A stretch of 64,000 nucleotides of DNA, taken from an uncultured virus (IMG/VR IMGVR_UViG_2061766007_000582) (lineage: Duplodnaviria; Heunggongvirae; Uroviricota; Caudoviricetes). Where the stretch lies: the IMG/VR virus record IMGVR_UViG_2061766007_000582. One strand, given 5' to 3'. Below the pieces are notes generated by a model that saw only the letters and a list, made by a program, of their open reading frames with translations, did not search any database and was not told the DNA's origin. Position numbers and translations under genes: made by a program. Of the stretch, positions 1 to 10,435 are shown in pieces (positions within the stretch are counted from its first letter, which is position 1; the number at the start of each line of letters is the position of its first letter).

Positions 1-127
1 CCAAGATGAACAAGTTTCCTGATTTCTTCAACCTCTGATGGTGTTAAGGTGTCTGGCATCGTATCTCCTTTATTGGTCGGGGCAACAGGATTTGAACCTG
101 CGACCTTATGCNNNNNNNNNNGAAAAT

Positions 128-1004
128 TTATTCAGGTAAATCACGAAATCCCTTGAAAATTGGGAATCTGAGGGAGGGTTTGCCTGTTGCATCGGTGGTT
201 TCCTCAAAGTATTTCACGGTTATCTTACGTCCGAGATANNNNNNNNNNCATGTCAAACATCTTGTAGTGAGGCTTGACCATTGTTTCATGCCGTCTGATT
301 TCTGATACTGCCTGTTTGAAGTTCTCCTTGTTGTTCTCGTCAATGACACACAATTCACCATCGAGATAACAAGATGTGCCAAAATGTCTCAGTACAGGTA
401 ACAGAGCCTCACGAAGTAACTCCAAAGAAGTATAAGGATGCCCGATACGAGAGAAGAAGTTGACTGCATTTGTGCTTGCCTTATACTCACAAATCAACCT
501 TACTCCGTCCAGTTTACGTGTGATGATATAAGGAGTTGTTTCGACACGCTTGCTGAAGGTCGGGCTTTTATGAATATCGTGAGCCAAAGCAACTTCAAAC
601 ACAGGTATCTTCAAGTCCATACAGGCATTGATAGTCTTGGTGTCTGCTCCAATTTTCAGGTCTTTATCGAAAATCTTATACAGCACATCTTCGTATTCAT
701 TACCTGCCTGACGAATGAAACTGGCACAATAGTCAAGAGCCTCGTTACCACTAAGCGCACGAGAAGCCAAGCGTTGAAGAATGTAAACCAAGCTCGTATC
801 GTTGCTCATGGTGATTGACGGTGTGAATTTTCTGATTGAGTTGGAAGTAACACCGAGCGTAGTCATTGGGTTATACAAGATGGACAGAAGCTCACGTACT
901 ACTCCGTTTTTCGAGTAATACTTCAAGCATTCTTTCTTGTGGCTTTGCTTGTTGCTCGTGTTCATGGCACTCACAAACTGCTTGATAATTGGTAAAGTTT
1001 GCAT
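128..1004 (-). CDS. ATP-dependent DNA ligase (interrupted by N gap at 239-248; middle part missing)
   Basis: Motif I ITRKLDGVR, FFSRIG, YLDGEL, and C-terminal motif VI SLRFPIFKGFRD in the frame after the gap. Confidence 0.9.
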
Positions 1005-1338
1005 GATATTTAATCCTATCAAAGTTGTCGCATACGATTACTTGGTCTTCATAACTCAGGCGTTTCACTATGTCAAATAATGAAAGCAAATACCTGACCA
1101 AGAAGTTTACATTATAATCGTTTGCAGTTAGTTGTTCGTTGAGTTGTTTCCTTGTTGTATTGACGTTTGAGTTGGTGAAATGTGACAGAAAATCAAGGTC
1201 GTGTGCCATAAGCAACCTTCTGTCCACCGAGTAATTGATTTCGTTGCAAGTATCACATAGAAAATCAATTAGCTTGGTCGGATAGCGTTTCTTTACGGCA
1301 CACAACATGTCTATCGGGTCATAAAACAGAACTTCCAT
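892..1338 (-). CDS. hypothetical protein
   Basis: 148-aa ORF co-oriented and overlapping its neighbours. Confidence 0.5.
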   Translation of the reverse strand: MEVLFYDPIDMLCAVKKRYPTKLIDFLCDTCNEINYSVDRRLLMAHDLDFLSHFTNSNVNTTRKQLNEQLTANDYNVNFLVRYLLSLFDIVKRLSYEDQVIVCDNFDRIKYHANFTNYQAVCECHEHEQQAKPQERMLEVLLEKRSST

Positions 1339-2002
1339 TTTTCTTCATAAGTTCTATTTTGTGCTTGAGATACCAGACCGCTTTTTCCAAGTCCTCAACC
1401 GCATCACCCTTCTTCCCTGCTCTGAGAATGTATTTGAGTGCGTTGCCGACTGAGAAATCATACTTATCTGTAATCTCAATGACTTCAAGACCGAAAGGAG
1501 TATCAGTGTAGTGCTTCGGGTGATTCACTACGTCATCTGTAGCCTGTTCCTGTTTCTGCGGTTTAATATCGTAGTCCATATAGGGCGGGTGACTTCCTTC
1601 CGCTTTACACGGCACTTCAACCACCTTGCTTTCGATGCCAGGAGCTTTGATAACAACCGGGGTATCGGGTGCAAACGTTTCTGATTTCACCTCAACAGGT
1701 ACAGTAAAGTTGTGGTCATCCAAGTAATAGTCAGCATAGACCTTACGAGGATTGTTCTGCCACTCTGCTTTAAGGCGGTCGAGGTTATCGTTGACGGCAT
1801 CAGGTTTCAGCCCGATACTTTCAAGCCATTTAAGTGCCTCTTTTAATCTGTCTCCCTCACGCATCGTCCAAAGAATCCACTCGTTATGGGGTGAGTTCTG
1901 AACATACTTACGAAGGAAATCTGTGTTTCGCTTGATTTCCTTACCAATGGTCGGAAATTGGTTTTCACACAGCGTACCGTCAAAATCAACTGCAAAAATC
2001 AT
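1319..2002 (-). CDS. HAD-like hydrolase fused to a DUF3310-like C-terminal domain
   Basis: N-terminal AVDFDGT ... YLDD HAD motifs; C-terminal VNHPKHYT...GNALKYILRAGKKGDAVEDLEKAVWYL typical of phage DUF3310. Confidence 0.75.
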   Translation of the reverse strand: MIFAVDFDGTLCENQFPTIGKEIKRNTDFLRKYVQNSPHNEWILWTMREGDRLKEALKWLESIGLKPDAVNDNLDRLKAEWQNNPRKVYADYYLDDHNFTVPVEVKSETFAPDTPVVIKAPGIESKVVEVPCKAEGSHPPYMDYDIKPQKQEQATDDVVNHPKHYTDTPFGLEVIEITDKYDFSVGNALKYILRAGKKGDAVEDLEKAVWYLKHKIELMKKNGSSVL

Positions 2003-2003
2003 A

Positions 2004-2957
2004 TTATTTCACCTCGAACGCACAGGCAAGCATATACGTCAGACCACACTTACCTGCATTAAAGAAAGGATTAAGGAAACACTCTGCAATACGAACCATA
2101 CGCGCTCTGTCTGTGGCGGATTTGGAGTTCATCATACAAGCGTTGAGATAGCCAAGAATAGCCATACGCACCGTTTCTTCCTGACCGCTATATGCTTTCA
2201 GGAACGAAACAACCTCATCCCATGTACTGCGCTTGCTTACGATTGCCTTACACAGAGCGCGTGTATCTGCTTCAAGTTTCTCACCTGTACCGCCCTGCAT
2301 CTCAATCGCCTTGTCAACGTTACCGCCATTGAGTGCATAGTTTTCAAGAATCTGCAACGAAACTCTGGCGGACGATTCAGAGTTCAATGCAATCTTCTTC
2401 AATGCCTCATCGTCAATCTTAATCCCGGTCTTTTGAACAACACGACCAAGATTCTTGTAGATGGCAGATGGAGTTAAAGGTTTGATTGGGAGTACCTTAC
2501 AACGGCTCTTCAATGCTTTTGGCATCTTTGAAGCGTCAGTAGTGCAGAAGAAAACGAATGTACATGGCGGAACCTCTTCACAATTCCGCAACAGAGCCTC
2601 GAAGCAAATAGGAGTAAGACCCTGCATCTCGTCAATAATGTAGACCCTGCCTTTCGAGGTTCTTGTCATAGGATAAGTACCCCACATGTCAACAAAGGCA
2701 CGAATATTATCAATAGAACGGTCTTTGCTGGCATCAAGAATCTGCACATCACCAAGCGAGGCATTACAACCAATCGCCTTAGCAAACACGTAAGCGGCTG
2801 TTGTCTTACCACATCCGAACTGCCCTTCAAGAAGAAAGACCCTCGGCTGTGTTCTATCATCGGTGTGTTCTGCGACATGTTTGAGGATTGCCACAGCTTC
2901 ATCCTGACCTACAATTTCGTCAAAGGTGGTAGGTCGCATCTCATTGTATAATGACAT
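2004..2957 (-). CDS. dnaX: clamp loader, DNA polymerase III gamma/tau-like AAA+ ATPase
   Basis: RPTTFDEIVGQ, Walker A GQFGCGKTT, Walker B YIIDEM, SRC motif (LKSRC). Confidence 0.9.
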   Translation of the reverse strand: MSLYNEMRPTTFDEIVGQDEAVAILKHVAEHTDDRTQPRVFLLEGQFGCGKTTAAYVFAKAIGCNASLGDVQILDASKDRSIDNIRAFVDMWGTYPMTRTSKGRVYIIDEMQGLTPICFEALLRNCEEVPPCTFVFFCTTDASKMPKALKSRCKVLPIKPLTPSAIYKNLGRVVQKTGIKIDDEALKKIALNSESSARVSLQILENYALNGGNVDKAIEMQGGTGEKLEADTRALCKAIVSKRSTWDEVVSFLKAYSGQEETVRMAILGYLNACMMNSKSATDRARMVRIAECFLNPFFNAGKCGLTYMLACAFEVK

Positions 2958-2966
2958 GGTGTCTCC

Positions 2967-4331
2967 TTATGAATGTTTGATTTCACCCATCTCCTTGAGG
3001 TCTGCCCAAGAAGCTCCGGGTTCGCCTAAATCAGCTTCAACGGCAATAGGATAAACAATCCACTGCCATTCTTTTCTGACTTCGGCTTGACTTTCGATGT
3101 AAAGGTCACAGATTGTCTGATACTCGTTAGGAACAATATCCATAACGGCTGAATCGTGAATCTGTCCGATAATAAGTGATTTGAGCTTGTACTTGATGAA
3201 CTTTCGCTGTAAATGAATCAGCGTGTTCAGAAGTACATGGAAAGCGGAACCTTGAACTACGGTGTTGATAGCCTGTGTTTTAGCCATCTTCATCGTAACT
3301 CTGAACCCTGTCGGATAGTCAAGATAACCCTGCTTCTTATAGAGTTCCCATTGTTTCTCTTTCCACTCACCATAGAACTTGAACAGGTCGAACCAAAACC
3401 ACTCGTACTCCTTTTGTGTGTGAGTGAGCATATCGTCAAAAGAGTTGATTCCACGCTCTTTAAGGTGGTCTAAGATAGGCTGTCCTGTTCCTGTGTTGGG
3501 GTTGTCCTCTGTAACGAAATCCCACAGGTTACGAGCCATTGATTCAAACCCTGCACCGTAAAACCCTGCAAATACGAATCTGCCTTTAACAGATTTACGT
3601 AACGCTTTGCACATCTCATCGTTTTGGAGCATGTAGTAGTGCTTCTCAACTTCACTGTGCATGTCGGCGTTTGGGTCTGACAGGAATCGCAACATATTCG
3701 GGTCGTGATGGATAGAGCAACCACAAGACACCTCATTGGCACGTAAATCCAGTTCAACCAAGCATCTGTCTTTGGAACGAGGCAAGAAACCTGTACGAAC
3801 AATGTGCTTCTGGAAGTCGTTGTTCTTAGGCATCTGTTGCAGGTTCGGGTTGACACAGCTTGAGCGATAGGTACGTACTGTGTGAAGCATAAATTCAGGG
3901 TGAATAAAACCGTTCTCATCCACTTCCTGAATAGACTTGCTGATAATGCTCTGCCACAGGATTTTAAGTTGGCTACGTTTCAAGAGTAGACTGGATTCCT
4001 CATAAGGCAGTTTTTCAATAACTGACTTGTCTACGGAATCATTACCTTTCTCTGTCTTGCGGAACTTATCAAAACCACTGGCTTGCAGTACGTTACGGAT
4101 TTGTGAAGAGCTGTCAATATCGGCTTTGTAACCGTACTTGCTCAACCATAACTGCCCCAATTTAGTCTCATTAAGAAACTTATCTTTGAGATTATCGCAC
4201 TCTTTGATAATCGTTTCCTTCTGAGACTTGAGATAGGGAACGTCAATGTACATGCCATTATTGCTGACCTGTGTAAGAACGTCCTCACCCTGCATCAGGA
4301 GCTTAAAGGCTTCGGGTGTGCGTGGTATCAT
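2967..4331 (-). CDS. family A DNA polymerase, polymerase domain only
   Basis: TYRSSCVNPNLQQMP, motif A VELDLRANE, motif B RKSVKGRFVFAGFYG, AINTVVQGSA, motif C QIHDS. Confidence 0.92.
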   Translation of the reverse strand: MIPRTPEAFKLLMQGEDVLTQVSNNGMYIDVPYLKSQKETIIKECDNLKDKFLNETKLGQLWLSKYGYKADIDSSSQIRNVLQASGFDKFRKTEKGNDSVDKSVIEKLPYEESSLLLKRSQLKILWQSIISKSIQEVDENGFIHPEFMLHTVRTYRSSCVNPNLQQMPKNNDFQKHIVRTGFLPRSKDRCLVELDLRANEVSCGCSIHHDPNMLRFLSDPNADMHSEVEKHYYMLQNDEMCKALRKSVKGRFVFAGFYGAGFESMARNLWDFVTEDNPNTGTGQPILDHLKERGINSFDDMLTHTQKEYEWFWFDLFKFYGEWKEKQWELYKKQGYLDYPTGFRVTMKMAKTQAINTVVQGSAFHVLLNTLIHLQRKFIKYKLKSLIIGQIHDSAVMDIVPNEYQTICDLYIESQAEVRKEWQWIVYPIAVEADLGEPGASWADLKEMGEIKHS

Positions 4332-5708
4332 TCTTCAATCTCCGGGAATGTTTCGTAGAAGTGTTTAAGTTGGTCAAGAAGTACGATTGCAGTGCGGTAC
4401 TCAACCAAAGAATCTATTGCATTATAGGTCAGCAATATCCTCTTCGGTATGCGGTGAATTGTGTTGATTGCGTAAGTGCCGTACTGTTTAATGTCCTTGT
4501 CGCTGGGTTTCAATTCAGCTTCAACGTTAGCGTTCCAAACCGTAGTACCAATGAAGATAGGTGCTAAGAACTTGATTGACAAACCGCCCATATCCCTGTT
4601 ATCCAAGGCATGAGCAAGAAGCATGGTGTCGATATTCAGCAGAGCCGGATTCGTACCGAGTTTCACAATGCTCCAAAGCCTCTCGAAGTGTGAGTTGTGT
4701 GCAATTTTGAGAATGTGTGTCGTTCTGAGCCACTCCGTAAATTTTGGAATCGTATTAGAATCCAACATAAAGGCGTAACTCAAATCACTGTTCTCGCAAA
4801 TAGACACAGACCACAACTTCGAGTTATGGTTGTATGGACGTAAGCAGTTTGTCTCATAGTCGAAAGCACTCATACGGCGTTTTGGATTCTTTATCATTTC
4901 ATCCATAACGCTGACGGCATCCGAATCCGTAAGAATCTTGACGCACTCGGTTTCTTCCTTCCAAATGCGCCGAGGTTCTTTCAGGCTGTCAAGGGCGATT
5001 TTAATATCTCGTTTAATGAGCAAATCGTCTATACTGTCCGGTCTGTTGCCTTTCACGTTAGAGTGTGGAGTAAAAGTTGACATGATGTTACACTCAAACT
5101 CCCTGCTGTTGTGAAGCAAACCGTGAACAGCTTGACAGGATGCGTCTTTTTCGACAACTCTGCTGAACAGTACCTTTGCAGACAAATCACCGAAAGCTAT
5201 GATAAGGTTTGGTTTGAGCTTCTTAATTGTCTGTTTCAGGTAAGGAAAACAGCATTGTGCCTGTGTAGCCGTAATTGTGTTTCCGTAGCAAGCCACCGTT
5301 GATGTAACCCAGCAATCCAATGAGATGTCAACACCGTAAGAGGCTAACACGTCTTTAATCCAACTGAACCTATCCCCAATAGCATACGTCTTGCTTGTCT
5401 GCTGAATCGGGTCTTGTTTTTCAAGTAGAATAAGGATGCGTTTCTTCCCCTCACCGTACAACATCAGCTTGGAGTTCTTNNNNNNNNNNGGGATTCGCTA
5501 TGGATAAAGACGGTTTCCTTAATCGCAAACGCATCCTTACCCTGCTGTTTCATGTCAAAGCAAGCAAATCTGTCTCTTCCGTTATAGCCGTACATCTTGC
5601 CGTCATTAACCGCAACGTGGCTGNNNNNNNNNNGATTAGGTGGCATGACGCACAGTTAGGCTCGTCATACTCAACCCTGCTCATAGATGCTGGCATTACA
5701 ATTTTCAT
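4328..5708 (-). CDS. N-terminal half of a split family A polymerase: uracil-DNA-glycosylase-like domain plus 3'-5' exonuclease
   Basis: True start MKIVMPASMSRVEYDEPNCASCHL at 5708 (CxxC), separated from the rest by a misplaced N-flanked fragment; UDG4-like CCFPYLKQTIKKLKPNLIIAFG; ExoI AFDYET, ExoII HNSHFE, DTML, ExoIII YNAID. Confidence 0.8.
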
Positions 5709-6868
5709 CAGTCTTCCTCGTAAAGAACAGCGATAGCCTTGAACAGAGGATTACCAGTAGGAGTACCACTATCCGTACTGCCGATAACAGTGAGCTTGCC
5801 GTCATAGGTGCGGAAATACTCACCGTACTTAATCAGGGATTCGAGCAGTTTGAAGCTGACCGTGAATCTGATTGTCTCATTGACTTTCGGAATATCACAG
5901 CGTTCATAGATACGGCTTCCATCTTCACGAACCGCAGTCAGGATAAAATAGGAAATGTCTGGCGGAGCCTCGATTGTTTCCTGTTTCGTCTTGATTGTGT
6001 TGCAGATATGAACAGTAACGCGCTTGACCTTATTGTTGTTGCCGCTGAATGGGTTAGCCCTGTCCATAGCTTCTTCAACGCTCTTATTGATACGGAACAC
6101 AGGACTATTGCCGGGTTCAAGCACAGATTCCATGTAATTCGCATCGAAAGCGTTATCAGAGCGTGTCCTTGAAGAGAAAATAACACCGTCAGCAGTACGC
6201 ATGTGAAGCCAACCGTTCTTGATGCAGTATTTCGGTTTGCCTTTCATGGGGTCGATAGCCATGTACTTCTGAACGAAAGTCTGGGATTCGCTATGGATAA
6301 AGACGGTTTCCTTGATGGAGAAAGCGTCAATACCCTGCTGTTTCATATCGAAGCAAGCGAATCTGTCCTTTCCGTTATAGCCGTACATCTTGCCATCGTT
6401 CACTGCGACATGGCTGTACTGATTATCACTCTTATCCGAAGCCCAAGCGGTGTATTGCATAGCCGTAACAAAGGAATCGGGAAGCTCATGCCAGTTATCC
6501 TCGTCCGTTTCAAGGTATTCTTCATCAAAGTCAATATCGTCTCTGATTGCAAACTCGACACGGCTCTTATCACCTGCCTTGACACCAAGAGTACCATTCG
6601 GTGTAACTCCGACCATGATTTCTTTTTCTTTGAGCTTGCGAAGATAATCATAAAGCAACGCAAACTCAACGTCAATACATCTGGCGTCGAAGTTCAGCTC
6701 GGAAGGAATCACAAGCATAAACTGATTCGAGATACAGTGAATCCGACCATGTTGAATAATGACATATTTGGAGGGGTCGGTGTTCTCTGTGGTATCTGGT
6801 TTGATGATTTCCTTGATGATGCCAAGAGCCTTCAAAATGTCAGCCCGGTTGACGGTAACTACGTTCAT
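5708..6868 (-). CDS. DNA polymerase sliding clamp (beta-subunit-like)
   Basis: 386 aa, starts TVNRADILKAL like beta clamps, lies between helicase and polymerase/clamp-loader genes. Confidence 0.6.
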   Translation of the reverse strand: MNVVTVNRADILKALGIIKEIIKPDTTENTDPSKYVIIQHGRIHCISNQFMLVIPSELNFDARCIDVEFALLYDYLRKLKEKEIMVGVTPNGTLGVKAGDKSRVEFAIRDDIDFDEEYLETDEDNWHELPDSFVTAMQYTAWASDKSDNQYSHVAVNDGKMYGYNGKDRFACFDMKQQGIDAFSIKETVFIHSESQTFVQKYMAIDPMKGKPKYCIKNGWLHMRTADGVIFSSRTRSDNAFDANYMESVLEPGNSPVFRINKSVEEAMDRANPFSGNNNKVKRVTVHICNTIKTKQETIEAPPDISYFILTAVREDGSRIYERCDIPKVNETIRFTVSFKLLESLIKYGEYFRTYDGKLTVIGSTDSGTPTGNPLFKAIAVLYEED

Positions 6869-6877
6869 TGTTTCTCC

Positions 6878-7363
6878 TTAAAGTTTGGTTGTTAAGTTAA
6901 GTGAGTAGGTGTGTCCATCGCTTGTCGTGATGACTGAAACCCTCTTTGAGCCGAGCAGATTCAGCATATCCTTGACTTCCTGTTCGAGTGCTTCACTGTC
7001 CGCACCCATTTTAGAGGCAAGCAGAGCAAGGATTTTTTCGATAGTGAAGAGGGATGCGTTCTGAAGCAAGATAACCTCGACTACCATATCTTCAAGAGTT
7101 GTTTCGGTCTTGTTTTCCATGATAGATTCAGGTGTTTCAAGTCCAAGCTCGTTCTGCATAAAAGTTACGTCTTCCTTGTCGAATGAACGTACTTCCCTCT
7201 GCGATAACTGCTTGATTGTCGAACACAAGAGACGTTTCAATCTGCCTGTGTTCGACTTATGTGCCGATTCAATTTCCTTTGTTGAAAAATTGAATAACGA
7301 GGCTACCTTGTCAAATATCTCAATGAGTTTGCGGCGGTCTGTATCAGTCTTCGTCTTCGTCAT
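6878..7363 (-). CDS. hypothetical protein
   Basis: ORF in replication operon; likely start MTKTKTD at 7363. Confidence 0.55.
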   Translation of the reverse strand: MTKTKTDTDRRKLIEIFDKVASLFNFSTKEIESAHKSNTGRLKRLLCSTIKQLSQREVRSFDKEDVTFMQNELGLETPESIMENKTETTLEDMVVEVILLQNASLFTIEKILALLASKMGADSEALEQEVKDMLNLLGSKRVSVITTSDGHTYSLNLTTKL

Positions 7364-7658
7364 CGTCAACCTCTTCAGCATCAGCGATTTCAAGACTGTC
7401 ACTGAGCATCTCAATAATAGCTTTTTTAACGAGATATGCCTGAGTTGCGTCAGTATCTTCCTGAAGTTTATTGACAGCCTCTTCAAGTTTATCCACGCGC
7501 TCACAAAGATCATTAAGAACACCGAGCGTGAATTTCTTGAAGTTGTTGTTACGCACATCAGCATTCAGTTCGTTGATAGCTTCTTTGTCAACGATACCGA
7601 CCTTCTTGCAGACATTGGCGAGTTTCTTGGCGGAGATTTTCTTGATAGTGAGTTTCAT
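7344..7658 (-). CDS. hypothetical protein with acidic C-terminus
   Basis: 104-aa ORF with RBS GAGG, ends EEVDDDEDED. Confidence 0.65.
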   Translation of the reverse strand: MKLTIKKISAKKLANVCKKVGIVDKEAINELNADVRNNNFKKFTLGVLNDLCERVDKLEEAVNKLQEDTDATQAYLVKKAIIEMLSDSLEIADAEEVDDDEDED

Positions 7659-7661
7659 GTT

Positions 7662-9200
7662 TCACCTCGTGGTTGGTTTTGGTAGTTCAGCGAAGTTATG
7701 GACACTTAGAATGTGAGGCGTTCCACAAGCCAAGCATCCGTAAAGTTTAGCCTGTTGTCGTTCATCATAAGGAGATTCACGTTTAAGTAATGCCGCAATT
7801 CTCCAAATGTTCTTGATTCGCTCTTCGGGTGTTTGATTGATAGCGTAAAGAGCAGAGCAGTTATCAATCTTGCGTTTATCCTCAGAGAACGATGCCAACG
7901 TCAAATCCTCTGTATTAAAGCCTGTTGCGTTGGATTGTGTAGCCGTAACAACAAGGCATTTGAATATATCGGCATAAGCACGTATTGACCGCCACCTCTG
8001 ATTGACAGCTTCTCGTGGGTCTCTTCCTTCGGTTGCCATAGCGTCAATATAGTCGATAACAACCACGTCAGGATGCTCCCAACCGAGTTTCTTGCAGATG
8101 TTCTTTGTCAGCGTAACCAGACCGCCATACGTAAGAGAACCTAATGGGAACTGCTCAACATATAGACTGCCTTTGTGCTTCTGATTGACCCAAGAATCAC
8201 GCATGAGTTTGGCAATATCGGGTGTCAGAATCGGGTTATGCACCTGACGATAGGACACAGCTTCCTTATATTCCTTGCAAGCCCTATCATCACAGGGGAT
8301 ATATTCGTCACTTGTGATAACAGGTCTATCGGGAATATCGTTCCATTCGTTGAGAAGACTGCCACTGCCTTTACGCTCAAAACAAGTGCCTTTTTGGTTC
8401 TTTACGCAATCCAAACAAGGTATGAATTGTTTATCCGCATATTCAGGTGAGGTGGAAGTTTTGGCATCACCGCAGAGGATTCGTTTGTTGACCTGATTTT
8501 TAGTCAAGTCACCACAACTGATGAAGAGGGTTTTGTTTCCCTGATTACGTGCTACTCTGGCGGTGTAAATGAGCATGTGAGATTTGCCCACTTTACCACG
8601 ACCTTCAAACACGACAAAGGAATTTCTGGTAAGCGTATTATTCATAAGTCTACCTAATTCACCCTCGAAGGAAATCAGCCGTTCATCCTCTTGACGGAAC
8701 AAATCATCAATCTCGGAATCAGTGGCTTGCAGAATATCGGTTGAATTAACCACGACAGGCTTAATCTCATCAACAGAGTTAAGGAGTTGTTTAGCCTCAT
8801 CGAGTTTACCTGATTCTACTAATGCACTGGCTTCTTCCGAGGACAGCTTGATAATTTGAGCCTGAAAATAGTTGTAAGCCTCGTCAATCTCAACCTGAAT
8901 GTCGGTAATCGGCTCCTGATTGGCAAACGAAGACAAGACAACCTGTATCTCGGATGCCACTTCGGGTTTGATTTTACCTAATGCAACCTGATTCTTAAAG
9001 ACGCGCTCGAACTTATCTTCCGGTGCGGTGTGGAACTTATTGAAGAAGACAATGCAGATACGAGCCATGACAGAGTAGTACCGATTTGACAGTACACCCT
9101 GCTTGTACTTATCCGCAAACTCTTCAAGGAATTGCGTGGAGTTGACCATATCATAAACGATACGTAACTCCAAATCAGCCGTAGCCTCAATTATTTCCAT
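7662..9200 (-). CDS. replicative DnaB/SF4-type helicase with a Cys-rich insertion
   Basis: Walker A EGRGKVGKS, VVVIDYID, VTATQSN, SEDKRK; insertion CLDCVKNQKGTC...CDDRAC. Confidence 0.85.
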   Translation of the reverse strand: MEIIEATADLELRIVYDMVNSTQFLEEFADKYKQGVLSNRYYSVMARICIVFFNKFHTAPEDKFERVFKNQVALGKIKPEVASEIQVVLSSFANQEPITDIQVEIDEAYNYFQAQIIKLSSEEASALVESGKLDEAKQLLNSVDEIKPVVVNSTDILQATDSEIDDLFRQEDERLISFEGELGRLMNNTLTRNSFVVFEGRGKVGKSHMLIYTARVARNQGNKTLFISCGDLTKNQVNKRILCGDAKTSTSPEYADKQFIPCLDCVKNQKGTCFERKGSGSLLNEWNDIPDRPVITSDEYIPCDDRACKEYKEAVSYRQVHNPILTPDIAKLMRDSWVNQKHKGSLYVEQFPLGSLTYGGLVTLTKNICKKLGWEHPDVVVIDYIDAMATEGRDPREAVNQRWRSIRAYADIFKCLVVTATQSNATGFNTEDLTLASFSEDKRKIDNCSALYAINQTPEERIKNIWRIAALLKRESPYDERQQAKLYGCLACGTPHILSVHNFAELPKPTTR

Positions 9201-9802
9201 TCGTTCACCACCTCGTATTGGTTAGTCATTTCAGCAAGACGCATGGCAATCTTAGGCTGTGCAGGTAGTTCCGTTGCAGTCATAAGAAGTCGTTTCCCTG
9301 CACCGTGAAGCGTCTTGATAATGTAGTAGACGTAATCGTAGGTATAATTGTTATCAACGTAGAAATCGTCAATGGCAATAACACCGCAATTCAGCATGTC
9401 GTTCACAATATCACGGTACGCTTCCGGCTTACATCTGAGGGTACACATAATGCTGGACCAATCGCAGAATTTGACCTTGAAGCCAGTGAGGATAGCCTCT
9501 TTCAGCATACCAACCATTTGATACGTCTTGCCTACACCGGATTCGCCATACCAAATAGTACCTTTAACGAACTCAAGAGAGCTGAGGTCATACATGGCGG
9601 TGGTAAGGTGTGCGGCTCTGTAAATGTTTGGTACGCCGAGTTTTATCATAAGCTGAATCATGGCAACGTTGCTCATTTCCTGCATACGGTTGAGCTTATT
9701 TGCGTTACAGTTCGGACACCACTGAGTAAGCTCTTCCACCTTTCCGTCAATGAGAAAGCGGAAATCGAGAAGGGGGCTGTTACACTTCGGGCATTGGTTC
9801 AT
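9191..9802 (-). CDS. DnaC/IstB-like helicase loader ATPase
   Basis: N-terminal CPKC...CPNC, Walker A YGESGVGKT, Walker B IAIDD. Confidence 0.8.
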   Translation of the reverse strand: MNQCPKCNSPLLDFRFLIDGKVEELTQWCPNCNANKLNRMQEMSNVAMIQLMIKLGVPNIYRAAHLTTAMYDLSSLEFVKGTIWYGESGVGKTYQMVGMLKEAILTGFKVKFCDWSSIMCTLRCKPEAYRDIVNDMLNCGVIAIDDFYVDNNYTYDYVYYIIKTLHGAGKRLLMTATELPAQPKIAMRLAEMTNQYEVVNEWK

Positions 9803-10118
9803 TTTTATACCTCACGATAACAAGGCGTTTTGGATGGTAGTATTTGTTTACGGCTTCAAGTTCCTTTGTTCCTCCGGCTATGACAGAACGGACAATGTCT
9901 TCTTTCACTAACCGATTGAGGGAAAAGTATTCGTTATTAACCCATTGGGAAGTAGCGAGTTTCTTAAAGAATATATCTAACTCGTCTCCTGTGAATGGTT
10001 TGAGGTATTCTTGCAGTTCAGCATGTTTCGTACCCCTCGGAATCGCCATAGCTTTGTTCGTTATCTTGATTACTCTCTTCACGAACTCCACTATTCCGCT
10101 GTTGTCGAATTGCGGCAT
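9780..10118 (-). CDS. hypothetical protein (position of a replication initiator)
   Basis: 112-aa ORF with GGAGG RBS directly upstream of the DnaC-like gene. Confidence 0.55.
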   Translation of the reverse strand: MPQFDNSGIVEFVKRVIKITNKAMAIPRGTKHAELQEYLKPFTGDELDIFFKKLATSQWVNNEYFSLNRLVKEDIVRSVIAGGTKELEAVNKYYHPKRLVIVRYKNEPMPEV

Positions 10119-10272
10119 AATGCCTCCTTTGCTCTTGTTTGATTTGTTTGACGTAACGGTATATGGTTGCGGAAGAACGCCCTGTCCTTCTCACAATTTG
10201 AGGTTGACTGAAACCAAGATGAACAAGTTTCCTGATTTCTTCAACCTCTGATGGTGTTAAGGTATCTGGCAT
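10018..10272 (-). CDS. helix-turn-helix DNA-binding protein
   Basis: MPDTLTPSEVEEIRKLVHLGFSQPQIVRRTGRSSATIYRYVK HTH pattern; AAGGAG RBS. Confidence 0.7.
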   Translation of the reverse strand: MPDTLTPSEVEEIRKLVHLGFSQPQIVRRTGRSSATIYRYVKQIKQEQRRHYAAIRQQRNSGVREESNQDNEQSYGDSEGYETC

Positions 10273-10286
10273 TATATCTCCTTTAT

Positions 10287-10363
10287 TGGTCGGGGCAACA
10301 GGATTTGAACCTGCGACCTTATGCTCCCAAAGCACACGCTCTACCAACCTGAGCTATACCCCG
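10287..10363 (-). tRNA. tRNA-Pro(TGG)
   Basis: CGGGGTATAGCTCAGGTTGGTAGAGC...TTTGGGA...GGTTCAAATCC...CCCCGACCA cloverleaf with encoded CCA. Confidence 0.95.
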
Positions 10364-10377
10364 AATTGTTACAATAT

Positions 10378-10406
10378 AATATACACCGCCAAACTACGAA
10401 AGTCAA
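10378..10406 (-). promoter_or_regulatory. sigma70-type promoter TTGACT-N17-TATATT
   Basis: One of a family of near-identical leftward promoters, with an A/T-rich upstream tract. Confidence 0.75.
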
Positions 10407-10435
10407 GCGGTGTATCAAAGATTTTTCGGAAATTT

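Noticed and set aside
1..111. Near-identical copy of 10214-10324 including the 3' half of tRNA-Pro, resembling an att site or terminal repeat
   Set aside because: It is a short N-flanked fragment at the window edge with three substitutions and includes phage coding sequence. No integrase is visible. It is most simply a strain-variant fragment placed by the scaffolder.
5490..5623. Diverged duplicate of 6283-6416 (clamp gene), which could suggest a second DGR repeat or a cassette
   Set aside because: It is flanked by Ns on both sides and interrupts the polymerase N-terminal gene. The differences are largely synonymous and not adenine-specific, so it is an alternative haplotype.
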